Assembly: GCA_018672825.1 (NCBI GenBank)
Contig: JABHUE010000096.1
Coordinates: 28,890-92,889 of the forward strand
Direction of reading: 5' to 3'
Source of the DNA: Pseudomonadota bacterium
GTDB taxonomy: Bacteria; Pseudomonadota; Gammaproteobacteria; Arenicellales; UBA868
Length of the DNA stretch: 64,000 nucleotides
Shown here: positions 20,511 through 29,625 of the stretch, piece after piece
Numbering within the stretch: position 1 is the stretch's first letter
How the letters are laid out: each line of letters starts with the position of its first letter
The notes under the pieces: model-generated
Seen by the model: only the letters and a program-made list of their open reading frames with translations
The model's database searches: none
Told to the model about the DNA's origin: nothing
Position numbers and translations under genes: made by a program

Positions 20511-21128
20511 TCAGCCTATCCGAGATGCTCTCAAGAGTCGTCCAATATCTTTATGGAGATCTTTTGGGTCACCCTCCAAAGGATAAGACATCATCAGATT
20601 GCCTCGAGGATCCACGAGATATATCTGGCCGAGGAACCCGCTCGCACCGAGACCGTTGGTTTTGAACTGTTTGGTCAAGATTTCCTGTTCGGTTTTGCCT
20701 GCTGCCAAAACCATTAATTTAGGGACTTTATTAACCAGGCCAGAGACTGCAGCTAAATCATCGGGGTTGAAGGTAATTGCCAACAGACGGACGCGCTTTT
20801 CGTTTTTGCCCAGGCTGATTCGCGCCCGCTCAATTCCATCAATAACCTGCTGACACTCTGCGAGGCACTCGTTTTCGAGTAGCAAAACGTAGGTCCATTT
20901 TCCAAAGATTTCATTAAAGTCGGTAACACCCCCCGCGACTGTCATCAATGAAACGTTACTCAGTGCGACCGGTGGCTCAATCAAATTTCCCCGATTTCGG
21001 AAACTATCTGGTTTCCATAGCCATCCTGCAACGACCGGCGTCAAAAAAAGCATCATGAGCGCAACCATAATTAGGCGCTTTTTATTACGAGCACGGTTTA
21101 CCATTTTTTGATCATCAAGCTCTGTCAT
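20511..21128 (-). CDS. Membrane-anchored SCO/thioredoxin-like cytochrome oxidase accessory protein
   Basis: N-terminal TM, CLAEC motif, YLVDPRGNLMMSY. Position in the cox cluster. Confidence 0.7.
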   Translation of the reverse strand: MTELDDQKMVNRARNKKRLIMVALMMLFLTPVVAGWLWKPDSFRNRGNLIEPPVALSNVSLMTVAGGVTDFNEIFGKWTYVLLLENECLAECQQVIDGIERARISLGKNEKRVRLLAITFNPDDLAAVSGLVNKVPKLMVLAAGKTEQEILTKQFKTNGLGASGFLGQIYLVDPRGNLMMSYPLEGDPKDLHKDIGRLLRASRIG

Positions 21129-21844
21129 TTTCTAATCTTTCCTTGCTTAGAGTCTTTCCGCTGGCGCCACACAAAAGAAATCACAACCAGTACAAACACG
21201 GCTGCCATTCCAAACCATTGAACGGCATAAGCCTGATGCCGCTGAATCATGGTCCGACTGGGTCCGGGCCAGTCTCGAACAAATCCCCCCACTTCATCGG
21301 GGGCAAGCCTTAAAACATAAGGTTGCAGATCATAGGGCGCCGAAGTTGCCAAAACGTCAAGATCAAGATTTTGACGCAACAGTTCTCCAAAAACAGGCGC
21401 CTCATCAACGAATGTGAATCCCTCTAGAGGCGCATACAGTTGTCCAGAGATTTTTTGCTGGCCAACCGGAACATTCGGGCGGGGCAATTGTTCGCGTGAG
21501 CCTTCAAGCGGAATCCATCCTCGATCGACAAATATCCGCACCTGACTGCCTTCGATCATAAACGGCGTTAACACATGAAACCCTGCGCGCCTTTCATAGG
21601 TTCGGTTATCCCAGAGAAATTGCCCCTCTCGTTCAAATTGGCCGATAATTTCCGCTGGCCATCCTGATTTCTCGGGTCCAATCATAACCTTCGAGACCTG
21701 GATTGGAACCTGCTGAGACCGCTGAGTCTGTTGATCAAAGTACACTTTCTTCTGTTCAGCCCGCTGAAGTTGCCAAGCGCCCAGCGCCGACAACATCATG
21801 AACGTGATGGGAATCAGAAACCAGGAGAGATAACGACGCTTCAC
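21125..21844 (-). CDS. SURF1 family cytochrome oxidase biogenesis protein
   Basis: LGAWQLQRA, GFHVLTPF, VDRGWIP, HQAYAVQWF. Confidence 0.92.
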   Translation of the reverse strand: MKRRYLSWFLIPITFMMLSALGAWQLQRAEQKKVYFDQQTQRSQQVPIQVSKVMIGPEKSGWPAEIIGQFEREGQFLWDNRTYERRAGFHVLTPFMIEGSQVRIFVDRGWIPLEGSREQLPRPNVPVGQQKISGQLYAPLEGFTFVDEAPVFGELLRQNLDLDVLATSAPYDLQPYVLRLAPDEVGGFVRDWPGPSRTMIQRHQAYAVQWFGMAAVFVLVVISFVWRQRKDSKQGKIRK

Positions 21845-21936
21845 CCTCTAAATCACCATAGAACGGTCAGTTCACTGCGACCCGATACAAATCTGATAAC
21901 ATTCAACGCGTTCTCTATATGCATGTATTTCTTTTT

Positions 21937-22170
21937 ATGCTCATCAAATCCATTGTTGTCATCTTGCTCGTGACCATGGTCGCGAGTCTGGGATATGCGA
22001 TGCTGTCGATGGTTCGCGATAAAGGTCGAGGAACCACAACCGTAAAAGCGTTAACCTACCGCGTTGGGATTTGGGTCGTGCTTTTTGGTTTAATCGTTAT
22101 GGGTCTTTACACCGGGGCCATCAAACCCAGCGGGTCATTGCAAAAAGCGGCTGTTCAAGTTCAGGAGTAG
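21937..22170 (+). CDS. Twin-transmembrane small protein (DUF2909/HIG1-like)
   Basis: Two TM helices, TVKALTYRVGI. Antisense position between coxC and SURF1 is typical. Confidence 0.8.
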   Translation: MLIKSIVVILLVTMVASLGYAMLSMVRDKGRGTTTVKALTYRVGIWVVLFGLIVMGLYTGAIKPSGSLQKAAVQVQE

Positions 22171-22183
22171 TCCCAAGTTTTAA

Positions 22184-22212
22184 AAAACGCCGCCTCCGCA
22201 AGGCGGCGTTTT
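22184..22212. terminator. Bidirectional intrinsic terminator
   Basis: aaaacgccgcct-ccgca-aggcggcgtttt between convergent genes. Confidence 0.85.
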
Positions 22213-22230
22213 AATTTCTACTCCAAACCA

Positions 22231-23109
22231 CTACAAAATATAAACAAAGATAAATAGTCCGACCCAGACGGTATCGACAAAGTGCCAGTACCAGGCTGCC
22301 CCCTCAAAACCAAAATGCTCATCTGGTTTGAAATGACCCTTTAGGCACCTGACCAGAATCACCGCAAGAATAATCGCGCCAACGGTGACATGAAAGCCAT
22401 GGAATCCGGTCAGCATAAAGAACGTTGCACCATAAACGCCTGAGCCCAAGGTCAACCCCAAGTGACGATACGCTTCAATGTACTCATAAACCTGAAAATA
22501 CATAAACGCCGCGCCCAACACAACTGTAACAAAAAGCCAAAAACATAACGGACCGCGTTGGTTTTTCTTAAGTGCCCAGTGCGCAATCGTGACGGTAACG
22601 CTGGATGTGAGCAACAAAAGCGTATTGATTAGTGGAATACCAAATGCGCCGATGCTTGAAAATGTTCCAGCCGCGACATCGTGGGCGTCAGGGCCAATAT
22701 AGGCGGCGCCAGCAGGGCCGGCAGTCGGCCAGGTGGCTTCAAAGCCGGGCCAGAGGAATTCATCGCCCGCAATCCACGGAACTGACAACACTCGGGCGTA
22801 GAACAAGGCGCCAAAAAATGCGCCGAAAAACATAATCTCGGAGAATATGAACCAACCCATTCCCATTCGAAACGACGTATCGACCTGCGCATCGTACTTC
22901 CCAGCCTCGCTTTCAGTCGCCACTTGTCCAAACCAAGCAAACATCATCAGAACAATAACACCCGCGCCTGCAATCATCAGCCATAGGCCTGGCGCAAGAT
23001 AATGCAAGTTCAGAATAAACCCTAAAGCGAGCAAAAATAATCCCATCGAAGTAATTGTTGGCCACTTCGTTGGATCCGGCAAATAGTAACCACCATGCAC
23101 TGCACTCAT
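22231..23109 (-). CDS. coxC: Cytochrome c oxidase subunit III
   Basis: WFIFSEIMFF, FFMLTGFHGFHV, AAWYWHFVD. Confidence 0.96.
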   Translation of the reverse strand: MSAVHGGYYLPDPTKWPTITSMGLFLLALGFILNLHYLAPGLWLMIAGAGVIVLMMFAWFGQVATESEAGKYDAQVDTSFRMGMGWFIFSEIMFFGAFFGALFYARVLSVPWIAGDEFLWPGFEATWPTAGPAGAAYIGPDAHDVAAGTFSSIGAFGIPLINTLLLLTSSVTVTIAHWALKKNQRGPLCFWLFVTVVLGAAFMYFQVYEYIEAYRHLGLTLGSGVYGATFFMLTGFHGFHVTVGAIILAVILVRCLKGHFKPDEHFGFEGAAWYWHFVDTVWVGLFIFVYIL

Positions 23110-23153
23110 TTGACTGGTCCTCTTTCTTATATTTGTAAGTTAAAAATTATTCT

Positions 23154-23708
23154 CTAGGAATTATTCGTTAGATTTTCATTTGCCGGATAGACCTCATAAG
23201 ACAATGTAATCGTCTTAACCTCCGCAGGTAACTTTGGATCCACCACGAAGGTCACCGGCATTAATTTGCTCTCTCCGCCCACTAACTCCTGTCGTGTAAA
23301 GCAAAAGCACTCCGTTTTACGAAAATGTCGCGCCGCTTTGGCGGGCGTCACGCTCGGCACCGCCTGACCGGCCGTCATCGCATCGACAAGACTATGCGCC
23401 TCATAGATCACAGTCGTTGCCTCGCCAGGATGCACATTGAGCCGTACGGTCTTGGGTCGGTCAACACGCCAAGGGATTCCGCTGACATTCACCGTAAATT
23501 CAACAGTCACTGTTCTTGATTTATCGATCGTGAGTGGTGCCGCACTTACCTCTGAGAGTGTCGCACTCTTTCCATTTAAACCCGTTATCTCACAAAAAAC
23601 GCTATAAAGCGGCACTAACGCGTACCCAAAACCAAACATACCGACCACCCAGAGGGACAGCCACCCTGTGACTCTTCGGTTGCTTTTTCGTACGTTGCGC
23701 TCAGTCAT
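23154..23708 (-). CDS. ctaG: Cytochrome c oxidase assembly protein CtaG/Cox11
   Basis: FGYALVPLYSVFCEITG, KTECFCF copper motif. Confidence 0.95.
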   Translation of the reverse strand: MTERNVRKSNRRVTGWLSLWVVGMFGFGYALVPLYSVFCEITGLNGKSATLSEVSAAPLTIDKSRTVTVEFTVNVSGIPWRVDRPKTVRLNVHPGEATTVIYEAHSLVDAMTAGQAVPSVTPAKAARHFRKTECFCFTRQELVGGESKLMPVTFVVDPKLPAEVKTITLSYEVYPANENLTNNS

Positions 23709-23720
23709 TCTTTTAATACC

Positions 23721-23825
23721 CTAAAGCAGGTATTTCACAATGCTCCAGGCGAAAACTGCGGCCACAAAGATCACCAGCCCGGTCACGGTTTTTCGAATGC
23801 CTGATTTTTGTACTTCTGTTTTCAT
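23721..23825 (-). CDS. 34-aa single-TM small protein in the cox operon (absent from the ORF track)
   Basis: Hand translation ATG(23825)..TAG(23721): MKTEVQKSGIRKTVTGLVIFVAAVFAWSIVKYLL. It fills the coxA-ctaG gap. Confidence 0.7.
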   Translation of the reverse strand: MKTEVQKSGIRKTVTGLVIFVAAVFAWSIVKYLL

Positions 23826-23848
23826 GAAATATACGGTCCGTCCCGGTC

Positions 23849-25420
23849 TTAACGCACTTCAGGTGCTGTCGCGAAGGTATGGTAGGGCGCCGGCGAAGGC
23901 ACAGTCCATTCCAACCCTTCAGGGTTATCCCAAACCTCTGCAGTCGCTTTTTTGCCGCCACGAATTGATTTAATGACCACCCACAACAGAATCAGCTGAG
24001 AGAAACCAAGGATGAACCCGCCAATACTGGACACCATATTGAACTCCGCAAACTGCAGTGAGTAATCGGGGATTCGTCTTGGCATACCCGCAAACCCTAA
24101 GAAGTGCTGCGGAAAAAAGGTGATATTAAATGAAATAACGGTGAGCCAAAAATGAACCTTACCAAGCGTCTCGTCATACATATGACCGGTCCACTTCGGA
24201 AGCCAGTAATAGACTCCCGAAAACATGGCCAGCACAGAACCACAGAAAATTACATAGTGGAAATGAGCCACAATAAAGTAGGTGTCATGATACTGGAAGT
24301 CAGCCGGGGTAATCGCCATCATCAGCCCCGTCAGGCCGCCAACGGTAAAGAGCGCGACCGTTGCAATCGCATACAACATCGGCGTCTCAAAAGTCATACT
24401 GCCTCGCCACATCGTGGCGAGCCAGTTAAAGACTTTTACACCGGTTGGAATAGCGATCAGCATCGTGGAATACATAAAGAACAACTCACCGGACAAAGGC
24501 ATACCAACGGTGTACATGTGATGCGCCCAAACAATAAACGACAAGAACGCAATCGCGGCAGTGGCAAACACCATCGAGGTATAACCAAACAGAGGCTTAC
24601 GAGAAAATGTTGGAATGACCTGAGAGATGATTCCAAACGCCGGCAGAATCAGAATATAGACTTCCGGATGACCGAAAAACCAGAAAATGTGTTGGAACAT
24701 TACCGGATCACCACCGCCTGCTGCACTAAAGAACGCAGTTCCAAAATGACGGTCGGTCAGTAACATGGTCACCGCACCCGCAAGAACCGGCATCGCAGCA
24801 ATCAGCAAGAAAGCCGTAATGACCCAGGTCCAAACAAAAAGCGGCATTTTCAGAAGCGTCATCCCTGGCGCCCGCATATTGAGTATGGTCGCGATAATGT
24901 TAATGGCGCCCAATATGGAGGACATGCCGAGGATGTGAATAGTGAAGATCGTTAGATCAACACCCATTCCACCTTGTATTGAAAGCGGTGGATAAATAGT
25001 CCAGCCTGCAGCAGGCCCACCACCCGGCACAAAAAGCGACGTGATGAGTAGCGTGGTGGCGAAAGGCAGCAACCAGAAGCTCCAGTTATTCAGTCGCGGT
25101 AGCGCCATATCAGGCGCGCCGATCATCATGGGCAGCATCCAGTTAGCAAAGCCGACAAAGCCAGGCATCACCGCACCAAAGATCATTACCAACGCATGGA
25201 CGGTAACCATCTGATTATAAAAATGGGGGTTAACGACCTGGAGACCTGGCATAAAAAGTTCAGCCCGAATAACCAGTGCCATTGCACCGCCCACGAGAAA
25301 CATAATGAACGAAAACCACAGATAAAGCGTGCCAATATCTTTGTGGTTGGTGGTAAACAGCCAACGCGTAATACCCTTCGGTACCTCATCGTGATGATGG
25401 TCTGCAACCGCTGTAGTCAT
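23849..25420 (-). CDS. coxA: Cytochrome c oxidase subunit I (aa3, A1 type)
   Basis: TNHKDIG, GHPEVY, VWAHHM, VAHFHY. Confidence 0.98.
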   Translation of the reverse strand: MTTAVADHHHDEVPKGITRWLFTTNHKDIGTLYLWFSFIMFLVGGAMALVIRAELFMPGLQVVNPHFYNQMVTVHALVMIFGAVMPGFVGFANWMLPMMIGAPDMALPRLNNWSFWLLPFATTLLITSLFVPGGGPAAGWTIYPPLSIQGGMGVDLTIFTIHILGMSSILGAINIIATILNMRAPGMTLLKMPLFVWTWVITAFLLIAAMPVLAGAVTMLLTDRHFGTAFFSAAGGGDPVMFQHIFWFFGHPEVYILILPAFGIISQVIPTFSRKPLFGYTSMVFATAAIAFLSFIVWAHHMYTVGMPLSGELFFMYSTMLIAIPTGVKVFNWLATMWRGSMTFETPMLYAIATVALFTVGGLTGLMMAITPADFQYHDTYFIVAHFHYVIFCGSVLAMFSGVYYWLPKWTGHMYDETLGKVHFWLTVISFNITFFPQHFLGFAGMPRRIPDYSLQFAEFNMVSSIGGFILGFSQLILLWVVIKSIRGGKKATAEVWDNPEGLEWTVPSPAPYHTFATAPEVR

Positions 25421-25470
25421 ACAGATACTCCTGTTAAAGTTAAATCACTAAATATAGAAACTGGTCAGCC

Positions 25471-26274
25471 TTAGCTTTTGTTCTTTTGCGCCTCAATCCA
25501 AGCCATGTACTCGGCCTCTTCGACAACATCAACGACGATTGGCATATAGCCATGGTCTTTCCCGCATAGTTCTGCGCACTGACCGCGATAGGTTCCGGTC
25601 TCGTCTGCGCGAATCCACATCTCATTGATGTAGCCCGGGATGGCATCTTTCTTGCCGCCCAATTGTGGCACCCACCACGCGTGAATCACATCTTTTGCCG
25701 TCAATAGCAGGCGCACCTTTTTACCCGCCGGGATCACCAGGTGGTTATCAACTTCAAGTAAATAATTTTCACCTTTGGTCTCATTGCCTGTGATTTGGCT
25801 TTGTGGCGTCGCCAGTTTGCTGAAAAAAGAAACATCTTCTTCAAGGTAGTCGTACTGCCAGCCCCACTGATATCCCGTCACTTTAAGAACCATATCTGAT
25901 TCGGTGGTGTCCTCCATTAACAGGAGCGCTTTGGTTGACGGCACTGCCATGGCAATCAGAATCAGGGTCGGAATCACGGTCCAAAGTACTTCTGCTTTTG
26001 TGGAGTGACTGAACTTGGCCGCTTCAGCTCCTTTGCTTTTTCGAAACTTGGCGATCGAGTAAAACATGACGCCAAACACGATAATGCCGATTACGGTAAC
26101 GATATACATAATGAGCATATGCAGGTCATACTGCACTCGCGCGATCTCCGTGACCGGTCGTTGCAAATTAAGCGCCCACTCCGCTTGAGCCACTGTTGGC
26201 AGGATCCCCATCATCCCTGCGCCTGCTGTCGCCACAATTGCGCTTCGCAGTTTTTTAAATCGACTTACGATCAT
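25471..26274 (-). CDS. coxB: Cytochrome c oxidase subunit II (no fused cytochrome c)
   Basis: GYQWGW, DVIHAWW, CAELCGKDHGYM CuA motif. GGAG sits 6 nt before the ATG at 26274. Confidence 0.96.
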   Translation of the reverse strand: MIVSRFKKLRSAIVATAGAGMMGILPTVAQAEWALNLQRPVTEIARVQYDLHMLIMYIVTVIGIIVFGVMFYSIAKFRKSKGAEAAKFSHSTKAEVLWTVIPTLILIAMAVPSTKALLLMEDTTESDMVLKVTGYQWGWQYDYLEEDVSFFSKLATPQSQITGNETKGENYLLEVDNHLVIPAGKKVRLLLTAKDVIHAWWVPQLGGKKDAIPGYINEMWIRADETGTYRGQCAELCGKDHGYMPIVVDVVEEAEYMAWIEAQKNKS

Positions 26275-26331
26275 TGTCATCTCCAAAACAGAGTTAATTT
26301 TCAATTAATAAAATTTTTTGTTAAAAACCTT

Positions 26332-26805
26332 TCAGGCGCGAAGCAAACTTCGAAGTTGCTTTGCGGTTTTTAATCGATCTTCCTCGGTTAATACGGCGCC
26401 TATTTCTGTAAATTTTCCGTGCGACCCTATCCACATTTTACTGGGATACCAGGAGGGCCCTGTTGAGACCCTGATCTGCGCCCAATATCGATCGAGCTTT
26501 AATTCCCACTCGCCGTTTCGATCCTTTTTGTTTAGCTGGATTCGATCACCCTCGGAAACAATCAGATCAAAAAACGTTGACCTTTTCTTAATCAACAAAA
26601 ACGTCAGCGCCAAAAGCGCCAGCTCCATACCGAGAAATGGTAAAACCGGCCAAGCGCCAAGCATCACCATATAAACACCTATTCCAACTGCAACCACACA
26701 GAAGACCCCAAAAATCATAATGCCCGCGACAGCGCTCAGCGAGCTATTTGGCCGAATCAAAAGCTTGAAATCGCGCCGATCTGGAGCCGTCTGGAGGTAT
26801 GTCAT
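26332..26805 (-). CDS. DUF2244 family membrane protein
   Basis: IRPNSSLS, GAWPVLPFLGME, EIGAVLTEEDR. Upstream of coxB. Confidence 0.82.
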   Translation of the reverse strand: MTYLQTAPDRRDFKLLIRPNSSLSAVAGIMIFGVFCVVAVGIGVYMVMLGAWPVLPFLGMELALLALTFLLIKKRSTFFDLIVSEGDRIQLNKKDRNGEWELKLDRYWAQIRVSTGPSWYPSKMWIGSHGKFTEIGAVLTEEDRLKTAKQLRSLLRA

Positions 26806-27030
26806 CGTTGCACCGCAACCAAGATGCTGTTTGGAAAACCAATGCCCGACATTGCCGAAGGCTGGAATTCCAATATTGGTTAAGAAAACACTGCGAACAC
26901 TAGCATATTAGAGATAAATGCATCAAGCATGATCCCTTTATTCTTACCGCTAAAAGACTTACTACCAGAGTTGGTTAATCGGCCAAAATCCAAAATATTG
27001 GGAGAACAATCAACGCGGTCCAGCCCGCGC

Positions 27031-27879
27031 TTATTCGCCAAATTTCACCTCAATCGAACGCTCTGTATCGTCAGGCGGTATTCGGGCCCACGCCACGCCG
27101 TATATCAACTCAAATGTCGCCCTTAAGCGATCGCACTCAGCCGACGAGGTCCAGTAAGCCGACTCAAATGCTTGCCACCGGCTCTTTCCCATCAAGTTCC
27201 GTCGCCGTTCCACCAACGCGTTGGTGCCGCCCAGCATCCGCAAATCCTTAACCAGTCCCTCAACACTCAAATAGGTCAGACCAACCACGTCGACATCCAT
27301 CACCGGCTCCAGAAAACCGGCCTGAAGTATCGTATCGCCAAGATCGTGCATATCAATAAATGCATGTCCATGGGGCTTGTTATCAACCTCTGCCCAAGCG
27401 GCTCGCAATTCAATCAGCGTATCCGGACCAAAAGTTGCGAGCAACATCAGCCCACCAGGTTTCAGAACCCGCGCGACTTCTTTGAGTGCATCGGTTGAAT
27501 CCGTCCACGATAAAATCAAATTAGCAAAGACAAAATCAAAACAATGATCTTTAAAGGGTAACTCGTGGGCATCGCCAAAGCAGGCAGACCATGCATCGGG
27601 TTGTGCAACCGCTTTCAAATCGCAGGCAGCATCAAAGCAATTATCCAATCCCACCACGAGGGCCTCTGGATATTTGCTCGCAAGCTCGCGAGACTCCAAG
27701 CCTATCCCGCCCCCCAGATCTAAAATAGCCTGAGGCTGAATGTCGATCAAATCAAGGCGCTCGAGAAGTTCTGCCCCACAGCGACGCGCGATCAAATTTT
27801 CACTTTGATCGAACCGAATGGCTCTTTTTGAGGCCAGCCGCACCGCACGGCCGGAGAGTGTGGGATCGAAATGATTCAT
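27031..27879 (-). CDS. bioC: Malonyl-ACP O-methyltransferase BioC-like
   Basis: ILDLGGGIG, TFGPDTLIELRAAW, FIDMHDLGD, TFELIYGVAW. Divergent from comF. Confidence 0.85.
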   Translation of the reverse strand: MNHFDPTLSGRAVRLASKRAIRFDQSENLIARRCGAELLERLDLIDIQPQAILDLGGGIGLESRELASKYPEALVVGLDNCFDAACDLKAVAQPDAWSACFGDAHELPFKDHCFDFVFANLILSWTDSTDALKEVARVLKPGGLMLLATFGPDTLIELRAAWAEVDNKPHGHAFIDMHDLGDTILQAGFLEPVMDVDVVGLTYLSVEGLVKDLRMLGGTNALVERRRNLMGKSRWQAFESAYWTSSAECDRLRATFELIYGVAWARIPPDDTERSIEVKFGE

Positions 27880-27950
27880 AGTGACGAATAGTACTCAAGA
27901 CTGTAAAGCATCACACAGAATCCAAATCGTTTTCTGGTTAAGTTGATCAG

Positions 27951-28700
27951 ATGGCATTTCCATTTGAACCCGCTATCACTGCGCCGCGCGCAACCCGCGT
28001 TCAGGCGCTCGGGCGACTTGCGGTTCGTTTGTGGGACCAGGCGCTCCAGCCTATATGCCTTAACTGCCGAACCGGTCCCGAGTCTAACCATGGTCTGTGT
28101 GAAAAATGCCTTCAGTTAATTTCTCTTAACGCGACCTGTTGCGAGATTTGCGCACGTCCGCTTACTCAAAACCTAGTTTGCGGTCAGTGCCAGAAAATTC
28201 CACCCTTTTTTGATCGCGCATTAACGCCGCTGCTTTATGTCGATCCTGTCGATCGGTTCTTGTGCGGGCTCAAATATCGCGAACAATTCTCATTCGCCCG
28301 ATTTGCCGCAGGCGTGATGACAAATCACGCTCTAAAAACCGGTCAGAAAGCACCTGACATGATCTGCCCTGTACCCATGACCTCAAAAACACTGCGAAAG
28401 CGGGGGTTTAATCAATCCGCATTTATCGGACAACTCATCGCATGGCAGCTAGGAATCCCAATGTCGAGCAACTTGATTTTAAAAACCCGAGACACCGCTC
28501 ATCAATCCGACCTCAAGGCCAAAGAGCGACAAAATAATCTGAAAGGCGCTTTTGAATGCAAGCGTCAAGTCCGGGGGAGACATATTGTAATCGTCGACGA
28601 TGTATTAACCACCGGCGCGACAGCAAACGAGATCAGTAAAACCTTAAAAAAATATGGCGCCTCGCGCGTCGACATTTGGGCTTGTGCACGAACTGTTTAG
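27951..28700 (+). CDS. comF: ComF family competence protein (zinc ribbon + PRTase domain)
   Basis: CLNC..CEKC..CEIC..CGQC, RGFNQ, IVDDVLTTGAT. Confidence 0.9.
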   Translation: MAFPFEPAITAPRATRVQALGRLAVRLWDQALQPICLNCRTGPESNHGLCEKCLQLISLNATCCEICARPLTQNLVCGQCQKIPPFFDRALTPLLYVDPVDRFLCGLKYREQFSFARFAAGVMTNHALKTGQKAPDMICPVPMTSKTLRKRGFNQSAFIGQLIAWQLGIPMSSNLILKTRDTAHQSDLKAKERQNNLKGAFECKRQVRGRHIVIVDDVLTTGATANEISKTLKKYGASRVDIWACARTV

Positions 28701-28722
28701 CTAACCGATCCAATCTTGGCAT

Positions 28723-28750
28723 AAAAAAGCCCCGGCAATGCCGGGGCTTT
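28723..28750. terminator. Intrinsic terminator, mainly for pilA on the minus strand
   Basis: aaaaaagccccggc-aat-gccggggcttt between convergent comF and pilA. Confidence 0.85.
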
Positions 28751-28781
28751 CAATAAGATTTTGGCTCTACCCCAGAGACAG

Positions 28782-29282
28782 CTATCGACAAGAGCTCGGT
28801 AGTTGGCTATCGTCAATCGAAGTTGACGCACAATCCCACTCAATCGTTCCCGTGTTGTCCGTTGGAGTGAAGGTCATGGTGTCTCCACTATGCACTCCCG
28901 CATCGAATGTCACTGTCACAATCCCGGTAGCAGAAGCCGCCTTTACTGAGCCAACATATGTGCCTTCGATATCTGCTGCTGCGCTCAGTCCTAGCACAGC
29001 GTTGCAATCATCAGCAGCGGTGCAACTCGCTGCCGCAGGCCACGCAGCATTCTCATTAAAGTATTCACCCAAGGAGGTCTTCACGCCCGAAAATAAATTA
29101 ATCGCTTCTGCTGCCTGTGCACGACCGGTGTAGGCCTGATACTGCGGAATCGCGATCGCCGCCAGAATACCGATGATCGCCACAACGATCATCAGCTCAA
29201 TCAGCGTGAAACCACCTTGGTCTTTCTTTTGTTTCGGCTGCGTTAAATCTTGCGTCATGTTCTCAAGTTTAGCTTTCATCAT
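28782..29282 (-). CDS. pilA: Type IVa major pilin
   Basis: G|FTLIELMIVVAIIGILAAIAIPQY class III signal, C-terminal D-region disulfide. Divergent from pilBCD. Confidence 0.95.
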   Translation of the reverse strand: MMKAKLENMTQDLTQPKQKKDQGGFTLIELMIVVAIIGILAAIAIPQYQAYTGRAQAAEAINLFSGVKTSLGEYFNENAAWPAAASCTAADDCNAVLGLSAAADIEGTYVGSVKAASATGIVTVTFDAGVHSGDTMTFTPTDNTGTIEWDCASTSIDDSQLPSSCR

Positions 29283-29330
29283 GCTCCCCTCGTATTTAGC
29301 TAAAAATTTCCAGAATTCTCAGGGTGTTAA

Positions 29331-29347
29331 TGCAAAAATCAGACCCT
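29331..29347 (-). promoter_or_regulatory. Possible sigma54 promoter for pilA (weak -24 element)
   Basis: Minus strand AGGGTCTGATTTTTGCA has GG-N10-GC with TTTTGCA. pilA is often sigma54-dependent. Confidence 0.3.
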
Positions 29348-29625
29348 TATGTCCCTATTCTAACCTAACCTCAGGAAACCACCGCCCTTTGGAAGGGCCT
29401 GAAGATATTCCTTATAGGATAGAGTGAATTTACAGACAAACGCTTCTAAACACCTAATCATCTTGTGCCCGATCGTAATCTTTTGTTAGAAATTTGGTGG
29501 TTTTCCTAATTTGGGTTTATTTCCACAGATATGATCGATGTTTCGCTGATAAGATAAAGTTGTCTAGCGTCATATATCAATCGCAATTCTGGCAGTCTCC
29601 GTCATTACTTAGAAGGACTCTTTTT

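Noticed and set aside
24152-24763. 203-aa plus-strand ORF
   Set aside because: It is fully antisense to the highly conserved coxA and has no recognisable motifs.
28738-29133. 131-aa plus-strand ORF
   Set aside because: It is antisense to pilA and crosses its terminator.
28782-29282. PilA as an electrically conductive e-pilin
   Set aside because: It is a full-length pilin with about 8% aromatics, unevenly spaced.
29494-29625. N-terminal extension of PilB in the ORF track
   Set aside because: It does not resemble PilB. SD-supported starts lie at 29626 or 29674.
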